Shown one piece after another: positions 27,178 through 35,213 of a stretch of 37,335 bases of DNA (positions are counted from its first letter, which is position 1; each line of letters starts with the position of its first letter). Below the pieces are notes generated by a model, which worked only from the letters and a program-made list of their open reading frames with translations, was not told the DNA's origin and ran no database searches. The DNA is from a virus (taxonomy: Duplodnaviria; Caudoviricetes): the IMG/VR virus record IMGVR_UViG_3300035534_000081, positions 1 to 37,335 of that record, one strand, 5' to 3'. A program made the position numbers and the translations under genes.

Positions 27178-29145
27178 TTAAATTGCCTCCTTCATGTTTT
27201 TTGATTCTTCTTCAACTCTCAATTTGTCATCTTCAGCGCTTACAACCAATTTAATGACCTGACTATCAATATCTAATATATTGCTTACACTCTCAGCGTT
27301 ATCAATAAATACTGGAGCTCTAAATCCATAATGTTCAGCTAGTGTGTTAATGATATCCAGACCTACATTTATTTGAGCACCATTGTTAAGGCCAGAGCTG
27401 TAAGGAACTCCTTTATATAAAGTCTCGCATGTATCTTTAAGTCCTCCGTTAACCTGTTCTTCAAATAGTTTAAAATTAGCAAGTTCAAAGTGATCATTAA
27501 TTTTACTTTCTACCAGGTCAACCTTTGCTCTGTCGAACTCTTCCATCAAGTAAATTTGGTGTTCAAACTCTTCATATTTCTGGGCCAGTTCTTTTTCCTG
27601 AGCTGACAGTTCTTCAATTCTTTCCTCAGCTTTCTCTTTCTGCTCAAATTTATTCAATTCGGCCTGTAATTCTTCAATTTCATTTTCAACCTCTTTGATA
27701 TTTTCTTTAATCTCAGCTTTGGAATCTGCTTTATTTTCCTGCAGCTCCTGAATAGACTCCTCAACATTTTCTCTCTCCTTAAGCTTTTTCTTATACTGGA
27801 AACTATCCTGATAAGCTTCTGCTTTTTCCCTTAATTCTGACAGATCATCAAATAAATCATCTTTCACTTTCTTAAGTCCGGGCAGCTGCTCTTCCATTGA
27901 TTGAATTTCATCTTCTAATTCAGCTACCTCAGACTTTAACTTTTCTATCTTCTGCTTCTTTTTAACGCCGGTCTGGTTAATATTCTCTAATCTCTCTGAC
28001 TTATCAAGTTTAGCTTTCTTAACAGCGTTCTCTATTTCATCTTCTGGGAGCTTCTGTCCGCAGGTAGGGCATTTATCCTCTACATCAATTTCCTCTGAAT
28101 TTACCTCATTCCAGCTCGCTCTGAGCTCGTTCATTTCCCCTTTAATAATCTCTATTCTTTCTTCTTTATCAGCTTTTTTAATTTTTTTATTAGTTATCTT
28201 TCTCTTAAGTTCTGAGAGTTGGTCCTTAATTTCCTCAACATCCTGTTTTGTTTCCTTGATCTTCTCATCATATTCTTCAGTGTGATCGTGTTTTATCTGC
28301 TGCAGCTCAGTATCCATCTCAGCCAGTCTTTTTCTCTTTTCCGCAATTTCACCTCCATTTTCGATACCAGATAACTTCTTATCCAGCTTTTTCTTAACAT
28401 TTTTATGCTGCTGAATATTTTCCTTAATAGATTTCTTGTTATCCTCTGGCAGCTCCGGAATATTATTGTTAACCTCATCAATCCGGACTGGTATTTTTTC
28501 TAAGTCATCATTAATTTTTTTCATCTTAGATTTAATCATCTTACGGTGTTCTTTTAATGACCTGTCCTCTAAGGCCTCAGATAGCTTTTTAAGGCGGTCA
28601 TCACTTTCAATGACTTCTGCATCGCTTACATCACCAAAAGCTTCAAATAGTATGTTTTTTCTGTCCTCCCAGTGTAATTGCTCATTGAAGTAAGCTGGAT
28701 TTGTAAGAAGCTTAAATCTTTCTTCATCTATCAGTTCATTAATCTTTGCATCATACTCTGATTTTTTAACAGGGACATCATTGATATAGTAATCAGTAGT
28801 GTGGCCAGTAAACTTTTCTGTAGCTGATCCTCTCTTTTTGGTCCACTTTTCATAATAGATTTTTCTTAATTCCATTTTTTTGTCATTAATCTTAATTCCA
28901 CCTGAAACTTCATGTTCTAAGTTATGAATAACTTCATTATTTTTATCAAGTGTTTTTATATCAAATTGAGAGTTTCCTTTGCTATCTTTATCAAAAAGCA
29001 ACCAACAAAATGCATTGAAAATAGTTGTTTTGCCAGCTCCATTGTCACCATATATTTTTAAATCTTTGCCTTCAGGTTTTAATTCAAAATACTTAACACC
29101 TTGAAAATTCTTTAGTGTTAGCCAGTTTAGTTTTAATTCTTTCAT
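27178..29145 (-). CDS. Rad50/SbcC-like SMC-type ATPase
   Basis: Walker A GDNGAGKTT, long coiled coils, zinc hook CPTCGQ, signature LNNG, Walker B VFIDNAES. Confidence 0.9.
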   Translation of the reverse strand: MKELKLNWLTLKNFQGVKYFELKPEGKDLKIYGDNGAGKTTIFNAFCWLLFDKDSKGNSQFDIKTLDKNNEVIHNLEHEVSGGIKINDKKMELRKIYYEKWTKKRGSATEKFTGHTTDYYINDVPVKKSEYDAKINELIDEERFKLLTNPAYFNEQLHWEDRKNILFEAFGDVSDAEVIESDDRLKKLSEALEDRSLKEHRKMIKSKMKKINDDLEKIPVRIDEVNNNIPELPEDNKKSIKENIQQHKNVKKKLDKKLSGIENGGEIAEKRKRLAEMDTELQQIKHDHTEEYDEKIKETKQDVEEIKDQLSELKRKITNKKIKKADKEERIEIIKGEMNELRASWNEVNSEEIDVEDKCPTCGQKLPEDEIENAVKKAKLDKSERLENINQTGVKKKQKIEKLKSEVAELEDEIQSMEEQLPGLKKVKDDLFDDLSELREKAEAYQDSFQYKKKLKERENVEESIQELQENKADSKAEIKENIKEVENEIEELQAELNKFEQKEKAEERIEELSAQEKELAQKYEEFEHQIYLMEEFDRAKVDLVESKINDHFELANFKLFEEQVNGGLKDTCETLYKGVPYSSGLNNGAQINVGLDIINTLAEHYGFRAPVFIDNAESVSNILDIDSQVIKLVVSAEDDKLRVEEESKNMKEAI

Positions 29146-29146
29146 C

Positions 29147-29236
29147 TTTAATCTCCTTTCTTTTTAACCATTCAGCGTAATTTTCTTCATGTAATTCTTC
29201 CTCTTTTTCATGCAGCCATACTAATGTATTGTGCAT
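29147..29236 (-). CDS. Small hypothetical peptide (29 aa)
   Basis: MHNTLVWLHEKEEELHEENYAEWLKKKGD*, coupled to the upstream stop codon. Confidence 0.4.
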
Positions 29237-29538
29237 TATTCCCACCTCTCAAAGTTCTGTTTGTGGAAATTCTTTGGATAGTCTGGTATACTATACTTTG
29301 TAACATTTCCTTTATTGCGTTCAGCTGTGCCATCAGCTGGGCTTTTTGCATTTCCTCTGCTCTTAGACCATATTTTTCTACACTTTATAAAAAAACTCAC
29401 TAACTGCTTTTTTGCCAGTTTATAAAGATGGGAAAATGCTTCTTTCGAGTCTTTAAATAATAAGGGTAAAACCTTTATTATCAACACTCCCCAAAGTATT
29501 CCTACTATAAATATCTGCCATTTGAATGCTTCGCTCAT
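29236..29538 (-). CDS. Membrane-anchored hypothetical protein
   Basis: N-terminal hydrophobic helix; start likely MSEAF after GGAGTG. Confidence 0.6.
   Translation of the reverse strand: MSEAFKWQIFIVGILWGVLIIKVLPLLFKDSKEAFSHLYKLAKKQLVSFFIKCRKIWSKSRGNAKSPADGTAERNKGNVTKYSIPDYPKNFHKQNFERWE
29284..29347 (+). ncRNA. Candidate antisense small RNA (extended -10 promoter + intrinsic terminator)
   Basis: TG-G-TATACT at 29284-29292, then GTTCAGCTG-TGCCAT-CAGCTGGGC-TTTTT; the G-U pairs work only on the + strand. Confidence 0.5.
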
Positions 29539-29549
29539 ATCATCACTCC

Positions 29550-29714
29550 TCAATTATTTCTGTAATTTAAATCTGTTTCATTGTATAAATCGAAATATAA
29601 ATTAGCTTCGTTATCTTCCTGGCATTCTAGAGGATCCTTTCCACAAGTTTCAGAATTTTTAATGCAATCCTTGCAATAAGTTAACTTTTTCTTACTGTTA
29701 GCTATCTTAGCCAT
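29550..29714 (-). CDS. Small Cys-containing protein (54 aa)
   Basis: My translation MAKIANSKKKLTYCKDC..C...C. Confidence 0.55.
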   Translation of the reverse strand: MAKIANSKKKLTYCKDCIKNSETCGKDPLECQEDNEANLYFDLYNETDLNYRNN

Positions 29715-29719
29715 CTTAA

Positions 29720-30244
29720 TCATGCTCTCGATAAGTAACCACGGCTATAGTATTTATCAGTACAGCGCTTATTTCTCTTTTCCAAGTCGGCCCCTAAGTC
29801 TTCTGATGCTACATCCAACATGTCACAAGCATGATTTGCATCCTCTATCTCATCAAGCATATGCTCAAATTTTTCTTGCTGATTTTCTGTCATTTCACTT
29901 TTAGAATTTACATTATGTGCAAAAGCTAAAACATCTTTGATACTCGTTATCGCCTCTTCAAATTCCTCGATAGCTTTGACTGCCGAGCGATAAAATTCAA
30001 TTTGAGCTTTGTCAAAAACTATATTTGCTGATGTCGTACCGTAAACCTTAATTCTTAAAATAGGATTCTGCAAATAGGAAACAAGCTTCCTTTTGATATG
30101 ATCAGGTATATTCAAATGTCCATTCATGTACTTAGAAAGAGTTGTTCTGTCAATATCAAGATACCTGGCAACTTGAGCCTGAGTTAATCCTTTCTTCTTC
30201 ATTCCTTCTCTGATAGCGTCTCCTAAAGTCCTCGATTGTCTCAT
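29720..30244 (-). CDS. XRE-family HTH transcriptional regulator
   Basis: GLTQAQVARYLDIDRTTLSKYMNG. Confidence 0.88.
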   Translation of the reverse strand: MRQSRTLGDAIREGMKKKGLTQAQVARYLDIDRTTLSKYMNGHLNIPDHIKRKLVSYLQNPILRIKVYGTTSANIVFDKAQIEFYRSAVKAIEEFEEAITSIKDVLAFAHNVNSKSEMTENQQEKFEHMLDEIEDANHACDMLDVASEDLGADLEKRNKRCTDKYYSRGYLSRA

Positions 30245-30317
30245 AATATTTACCTCCTTTTAGTTTTATTGGCACCTTTGAATATTAATTGTGAACAATA
30301 TTCAGATTATAATTTAC

Positions 30318-30668
30318 TTAAGATAACTCCTTTAAGATAAAATCTTCTCTTTCTATTTGATTATTTTTTATTTCTTTCACTTCCATATTATCCATCGCCT
30401 CTTCTATCATCCACTCTTTTAATAATGATTTAGAAAAAATAAGCCTATTTCCCAAATAAACATGAGGCAGCTGCTCCTGGTGTCTAGCTATTGAAGATTT
30501 ACTAACCCCTAAATAATCCGCAACCTCTTCAAGTTTCAAACCTTCCTTATCTTTAAACTTACTTTCCATTTCCGGTGAAGGTTGCCCAACTGTAGCCGGA
30601 AGCTTATCCACCTTCTCTTTGAGCTCTTCTAAATCTTTTGCTATCTTTTCTAGCATACCCATTCCCAT
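30318..30668 (-). CDS. Excisionase-like HTH_17 DNA-binding protein
   Basis: L.LEEVADYLGVS...LPHV.LG.R.IFSK..L.EW motif. Confidence 0.8.
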   Translation of the reverse strand: MGMGMLEKIAKDLEELKEKVDKLPATVGQPSPEMESKFKDKEGLKLEEVADYLGVSKSSIARHQEQLPHVYLGNRLIFSKSLLKEWMIEEAMDNMEVKEIKNNQIEREDFILKELS

Positions 30669-30911
30669 TTAAATCACCTCCTGAAAAAGCTCTTCTGGTC
30701 CCTCTTTTTGTAACTGCCAACTTATATCAGCTTGAAGCAATATCATTCCGTTTGAATAGTTTGCACTCTTAACACTATCTAAAGAACATATTTTAGTGTT
30801 TTCTCCATCTGCTTTCGAGTATTTGACTTCCTCATCAACTAGATCAACAAAGTAAATGCCTCTCGCTTCCTGGTTAAACTCTTTGAACATGTCGATTAAG
30901 ATGTTTTTCAT
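30669..30911 (-). CDS. Hypothetical protein
   Basis: In operon, GAGGAGG RBS. Confidence 0.6.
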   Translation of the reverse strand: MKNILIDMFKEFNQEARGIYFVDLVDEEVKYSKADGENTKICSLDSVKSANYSNGMILLQADISWQLQKEGPEELFQEVI

Positions 30912-31264
30912 TTAGTTTCCTCCTCTCCAACTTCTATAAAATCATTTATGTCAAATTTAGAATCTGATAGATTTAAAATTTTACCTTTTTCGCCTGAAAC
31001 TAAATTAGTGATGTCAGAAATCTTCTCTAAAAATAGTTTATTTTCTAATCTAAGTAATCCGATTTGCTCTTTTCTATTATAGATATAGGCTCTATTAAAT
31101 CCGTCGCAATCTTTCATTTTGTCAAACTCTATCCTGGTAACATTCTTAAACTCAAAATTGTCAAGCTGCAAAATATCGTTATCTTTTAATTGGACAATAA
31201 TTTTATCGTTTGCGCCAACTGCTTGGATTTCATCTGTAGTTATTTCAAGATCTAAAATATCCAT
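30908..31264 (-). CDS. Hypothetical protein
   Basis: AGGAGGT RBS, in operon. Confidence 0.65.
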   Translation of the reverse strand: MDILDLEITTDEIQAVGANDKIIVQLKDNDILQLDNFEFKNVTRIEFDKMKDCDGFNRAYIYNRKEQIGLLRLENKLFLEKISDITNLVSGEKGKILNLSDSKFDINDFIEVGEEETK

Positions 31265-31276
31265 TTATTTACCTCC

Positions 31277-31942
31277 TTAATTTAATAAATTATCTTCTTT
31301 TTCTAATCTTTTATCTTCGATTTTAAAAATTTTATCAAGTTTTTTGTTAGCAACCTTATTTACTATTTTGTCAACTATTCTCTCTAAATCATCAATAGTA
31401 GCATTCTCTGGAAAACTATAATTGCTTACTGTTTTATAAGAAGAGTTAATGCTTTCATGATAAAAACTTCTTAACTTCTTTTGATAATGCATTTTCAAAG
31501 CTATTCTATTAGCAGCTGGGCTAACAAATCCATTTTCAATAGTTTTTATCGATTCTTCTGTTTTGAAATCGTATATTTTGTGTTTCATAATTCTAATACA
31601 ATCATCAACATAATTCTTATTTGAAAAAAGTTTTTTAAATTCAATTCTCTTTTTATTATTAGATGAATATTTATCAAATATATATTCTTTGAATTTATTA
31701 AAAGATTTCTCAAGTGAAACAAAAAGCAAATTAGATAATTTCTCTTTATGCTCCATATTCTTAATCCACAAATTCAATTGATAAGAAATGCTTCTGGAAT
31801 TTTCCTTTCCTATTTTTGACCGGCAAGTGTCTTTATAATTAAGTTCTAAAACATGTAAATTTCTTTCCTCTAATTCCATTTCCCTCTGTAGCAAATTCAT
31901 TTCTTTTCTTTGCTTTTGAATTACCTCGAAAGCATTAGACAT
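31277..31942 (-). CDS. Hypothetical protein coupled to the ParB-like gene
   Basis: 221 aa, overlaps the stop of the ParB-like ORF. Confidence 0.7.
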   Translation of the reverse strand: MSNAFEVIQKQRKEMNLLQREMELEERNLHVLELNYKDTCRSKIGKENSRSISYQLNLWIKNMEHKEKLSNLLFVSLEKSFNKFKEYIFDKYSSNNKKRIEFKKLFSNKNYVDDCIRIMKHKIYDFKTEESIKTIENGFVSPAANRIALKMHYQKKLRSFYHESINSSYKTVSNYSFPENATIDDLERIVDKIVNKVANKKLDKIFKIEDKRLEKEDNLLN

Positions 31943-33020
31943 TTATAACATCTCCTTCATATTCATATTTAGATTTTTGAGTAGCAATATACTCATACAA
32001 TTTCTCCGCTATTTCATTTAATGAATCTGCATTTAATCCAATTATGTTTAGATCTTCAGAATCTAATTCAACATCTCTTTTTAACAACATCTCTATTTCA
32101 GCTTTTTTCTCCTTGAACTTTCTGATCGGACCGCAAATGCCCTGGACTATTTTAGCCTTCTGTGCTACTAAATTATTTCTGTCTTCTAGTTCTCTTATAA
32201 ATTCGCTTTGTTCGTCTATTTCATTTTCCAGCTGTCTCTTTTTCTTTTGATAATTTTTTATTTCCTCTTTTTGATCTTCTAGTTCGCCTACTTGCTCTTT
32301 TAGTTTTCTCAAATCTTCCAATTCTCTTTTTATTTCCTCAGGTACAACCTCAACTTCTTCAACTCTTTCAATTACCTCTGGTTCTTTATTTTCAAATTCC
32401 TTTAACTTTTCATATGCTGCTTTTTTTCTTTCTTTCTCTTGATCTCTTTCTTTGATTAGTTCATCTCTAATCTCTTCAAGAAATTCATTTGATTCTTTAA
32501 GCTGTTCTTTCTCTTTTTTTAGTTTTTGATAAGCTCCATGAATACTGATTTGCTCTTCATCAAGTTGTTTAATAGTTTCTTCGTCTGCGTTTTCAGAAAT
32601 AAACTTCTCTTTATAGTACTGTCGCCTGCTTCCGATACCAATTTCTTTAGCGGCTTCTTTTTCAGCTTGGTGCAAATTTGCACCAGTTGACTTTTTTAAT
32701 TCAATTAATTTCTGCATATATTCCTGTCTTTCAGATAAACTAAAATCCTTTCTGTTTTCATTTTCTGCAATCTCAATTCTTAAAGCCTGCTCAGCATCTG
32801 CGACAGAAATCAAATTAACTTTTACTTTTTCTTTGCCTAAACTTTTGCAAGCTCTCAATCTTCTTTCCCCAGCTATTAATCTATACCTATTATTAAGCTC
32901 AACAACTGTGATCGGATTGATAAGCCCGTTCTTTTGAATGTCTGCAGCAAGCTCATTTATATCTCCATAATCTTTTCTAATTCGATCTTTAACCTTAATT
33001 TCATCAACATTAACTTTCAT
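31935..33020 (-). CDS. ParB/Srx N-terminal domain protein with HTH and long coiled coil
   Basis: RIRKDYGDI.ELA.DI..NGLINPI, LIAGERRLRA and EIAENENRKDF motifs. Confidence 0.88.
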   Translation of the reverse strand: MKVNVDEIKVKDRIRKDYGDINELAADIQKNGLINPITVVELNNRYRLIAGERRLRACKSLGKEKVKVNLISVADAEQALRIEIAENENRKDFSLSERQEYMQKLIELKKSTGANLHQAEKEAAKEIGIGSRRQYYKEKFISENADEETIKQLDEEQISIHGAYQKLKKEKEQLKESNEFLEEIRDELIKERDQEKERKKAAYEKLKEFENKEPEVIERVEEVEVVPEEIKRELEDLRKLKEQVGELEDQKEEIKNYQKKKRQLENEIDEQSEFIRELEDRNNLVAQKAKIVQGICGPIRKFKEKKAEIEMLLKRDVELDSEDLNIIGLNADSLNEIAEKLYEYIATQKSKYEYEGDVINV

Positions 33021-33034
33021 TGCAGCTCTCCTTC

Positions 33035-33280
33035 CTATGCAGTATGGTTATTTTTTCTGCCAGCTGGCAAATCATTAGTAAAAAAAATATCTTCAAACTC
33101 AAAACCTGTATTTGTGAGTACTTTTGCAACAAATTTAGGACCAACATTCCGCTGACCTCTTAAAACTCGGTAAACAGTAGTATAATCTAAATCTAACAAA
33201 ATAGCTAAATCTTGTTCTGATAATTCATTATCTTTCATATATTTTTCTAAAACTTCTTTTTTTAAGTGTATTCTAGCCAT
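33035..33280 (-). CDS. Cro-like XRE regulator
   Basis: LSEQDLAILLDLDYTTVYRVLRG HTH; start MARIH after the GGGGGT RBS; divergent from CI. Confidence 0.85.
   Translation of the reverse strand: MARIHLKKEVLEKYMKDNELSEQDLAILLDLDYTTVYRVLRGQRNVGPKFVAKVLTNTGFEFEDIFFTNDLPAGRKNNHTA
33058..33069. promoter_or_regulatory. Distal operator (perfect palindrome TGCCAGCTGGCA) inside the cro 3' end
   Basis: Perfect version of the four sites in the switch region. Confidence 0.75.
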
Positions 33281-33297
33281 TAAATTTACCCCCTTTC

Positions 33298-33398
33298 TGA
33301 CTGCTGGCAATTATAATTATAAATTAGATTCTGCCAGTTGTCAAGTATTTTTTAATTTATTTTGCCAGCGGGTAATATTTATTTATTGACAGTAGGCA
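33298..33398. promoter_or_regulatory. Four repressor operators of the genetic switch
   Basis: TGACTGCTGGCA (33298), TGCCAGTTGTCA (33332), TGCCAGCGGGTA (33363), TGACAGTAGGCA (33387). Confidence 0.85.
33316..33344 (-). promoter_or_regulatory. Lytic early promoter (sigma-A consensus)
   Basis: TTGACA (33344-33339) - 17 bp - TATAAT (33321-33316). Confidence 0.9.
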
Positions 33399-33414
33399 AT
33401 AGTTATTATAAAAT
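33386..33414 (+). promoter_or_regulatory. Lysogenic (cI) promoter
   Basis: TTGACA (33386) - 17 bp - TAAAAT (33409). Confidence 0.85.
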
Positions 33415-33433
33415 TGTGCTAGGAGGCAATGAA

Positions 33434-33841
33434 ATGACAAGTGCCATAGGTGATTTAATTAAAAAATTAAGAAAAAATAATAATATGACTTTATCATATT
33501 TAGAGCAAAAATCTGGAGTAAGCAATTCTCATATTTCTAGAATAGAAAGAGGATTAAGAGAACCATCTCCAGAAACTTTAAAAAAATTAGCTAAACCTTT
33601 GGGAGTATCTTATAAAAAATTATTAAAGGTTGCTGGTTATCTTGATGATGATGAACCTAATAACAAAATTAAAAAAGCTATTTCTAATGATCCGGAACTC
33701 CAGGATGTATGGGAACAAATTTCAAAGCGGGAGGATCTACAGCTGCTGTTTAAGCAGACTAAAGATTTAGATGAAGCATCTATCAAACAAGTTATAAGGA
33801 TTATTAAAGCTATTGAGGATGAAGAACAGGCTAATCAATGA
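33434..33841 (+). CDS. CI/ImmR-like repressor (XRE HTH)
   Basis: MTLSYLEQKSGVSNSHISRIERGLREPSPETLKKLA; start ATG 33434 after AGGAGG; no S24 autoprotease domain. Confidence 0.9.
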   Translation: MTSAIGDLIKKLRKNNNMTLSYLEQKSGVSNSHISRIERGLREPSPETLKKLAKPLGVSYKKLLKVAGYLDDDEPNNKIKKAISNDPELQDVWEQISKREDLQLLFKQTKDLDEASIKQVIRIIKAIEDEEQANQ

Positions 33842-33860
33842 TAAAATCATATAAAGGAGA

Positions 33861-34202
33861 GTGATGTGCATGATAGAAAGAAAAAAGCGTACAGCTCTCC
33901 AGCGAACATACATAAATTATCAAGAGTGGGCCAGAGATAATAATATATACCAAACAATCATACCATTAAACCCAGTAATATACGGCTTTGTTTACCTCTC
34001 TTCTACGCATAAATATTTTATTATAATTAATAAAAACCTCACTCTAGAACTTCAAAAGGAGGTGTTTATGCACGAAGTAGAGCACATTATGTATGATATG
34101 CCGGAGATAGGATATTTTATTGGTGTAGACATGCAGTATAGCAAAATGGAAAAGCAGGCTGATGAATTTATTAAAGAAACAGCTGCTAATTTTTTTAAAT
34201 AA
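33861..34202 (+). CDS. ImmA/IrrE-family metallopeptidase (anti-repressor)
   Basis: I.IN..L.......VFMHEVEH (HExxH) and E.QAD.F motifs; directly after the repressor. Confidence 0.88.
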   Translation: MMCMIERKKRTALQRTYINYQEWARDNNIYQTIIPLNPVIYGFVYLSSTHKYFIIINKNLTLELQKEVFMHEVEHIMYDMPEIGYFIGVDMQYSKMEKQADEFIKETAANFFK

Positions 34203-34206
34203 TATG

Positions 34207-34220
34207 CGAACAAAAGTTTG
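34207..34220. promoter_or_regulatory. Putative Gram-positive LexA (SOS) box
   Basis: CGAAC-AAAA-GTTTG versus consensus CGAAC-RNRY-GTTYG. Confidence 0.5.
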
Positions 34221-34257
34221 TTAAATGTGAATATAAATAAATACGAGGGGTGTTATT

Positions 34258-34446
34258 GTGAAAATAATTGGCACTATTTTATTTATTATTGGAGTGTTAG
34301 GTATTTTGCTTGGGTCAATGATGTTTGGGGATATTGGGCTCGCAGCAATAATAGGATCATTAGCAGCTTTATTTTCAGGAGTTGGTTTTTTTAGATTTGA
34401 AAAGAAAGTAAAGGAATATGCCAAAGAAGTTGATTTTGATGAATAA
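34258..34446 (+). CDS. Small two-TM membrane protein
   Basis: Two hydrophobic helices; GAGGGG RBS. Confidence 0.75.
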   Translation: MKIIGTILFIIGVLGILLGSMMFGDIGLAAIIGSLAALFSGVGFFRFEKKVKEYAKEVDFDE

Positions 34447-35098
34447 AAAAATTTTTATTATCATATTAATAATTGCATTATTTGCTTCTTTAACGGTCAA
34501 TTCTAAAGAATATCCTAAAAACCCAAACTTATATATTGAAGCAGCAAATGATTTAAAAAAAGAAAAACCAGGTCAGGCTATAGCAGCTTATCATTTCGCT
34601 TATATTTTTTCTAAACAAGAAAAACAAAAAGAAGAAATAGAGAAAAAAATAAAATCATTAAGAAAAAATGTTAAGTATCAAAGGGGATATGGTTTTAATA
34701 ATGATATAATTGTTGAGTTTGTTGAAACTACAGAATCAGTAAAAAGTAAATTTGGTATAGAAAATTATACAAGCTATCGAATGTTTATAATTAACCAAAA
34801 TGATTTTCCAATTCAAATTAATTCAATTATGACTAAAATAAATGCTATTTCAAAAGAAGGAAAACAATACGAAGCTATAAATGCAACAAATTTTATGGGT
34901 TCAGATGTAAAGCAAGAAAACATGTTAGAATTACAAGGTAAATTACCAGCTAATCAAAAAATATATTCAGAATCAGAATTAAATTTATTAGTTCTTTTTA
35001 AAAATAATTTTGTTCCAAAAAAGATTATTGTAGATGGTTTAAACAAAGAAAATATACTTGATAATTTTAGAGTAGATGTTCTTTTTATTGGTTTATAA
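34439..35098 (+). CDS. Secreted/membrane-anchored moron protein (possible superinfection exclusion)
   Basis: Signal-peptide-like MNKKIFIIILIIALFASLTVNS; AT-rich; in the lysogeny operon. Confidence 0.7.
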   Translation: MNKKIFIIILIIALFASLTVNSKEYPKNPNLYIEAANDLKKEKPGQAIAAYHFAYIFSKQEKQKEEIEKKIKSLRKNVKYQRGYGFNNDIIVEFVETTESVKSKFGIENYTSYRMFIINQNDFPIQINSIMTKINAISKEGKQYEAINATNFMGSDVKQENMLELQGKLPANQKIYSESELNLLVLFKNNFVPKKIIVDGLNKENILDNFRVDVLFIGL

Positions 35099-35105
35099 AT
35101 TAACT

Positions 35106-35129
35106 AAGCCCTCCGAGGCTTCTCTTTTT
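35106..35129 (+). terminator. Intrinsic terminator before the integrase
   Basis: AAGCC-CTCCGA-GGCTT hairpin followed by CTCTTTTT. Confidence 0.6.
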
Positions 35130-35213
35130 ACACAATAAACGAACAAACGTATTAAAAAAAGCACATAAATATATAAAAAATGATATTTAATCAACATATA
35201 AGGAGGAATTGTT

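Noticed and set aside
1175-33155. Numerous + strand ORFs (e.g. 5937-6578, 7387-7782, 9366-9713, 24446-24775)
   Set aside because: Antisense shadows of well-supported minus-strand genes; Ser/Phe/Leu-rich with no recognisable motifs.
33362-33433. N-terminal extensions of CI (from 33362) and Cro (from 33310) in the track
   Set aside because: They run through the operators and promoters; SD-supported starts are 33434 and 33280.
34221-34424. Minus-strand 67-aa ORF, and similarly the + strand ORF 36832-37020
   Set aside because: Shadows of the membrane-protein genes on the opposite strand.
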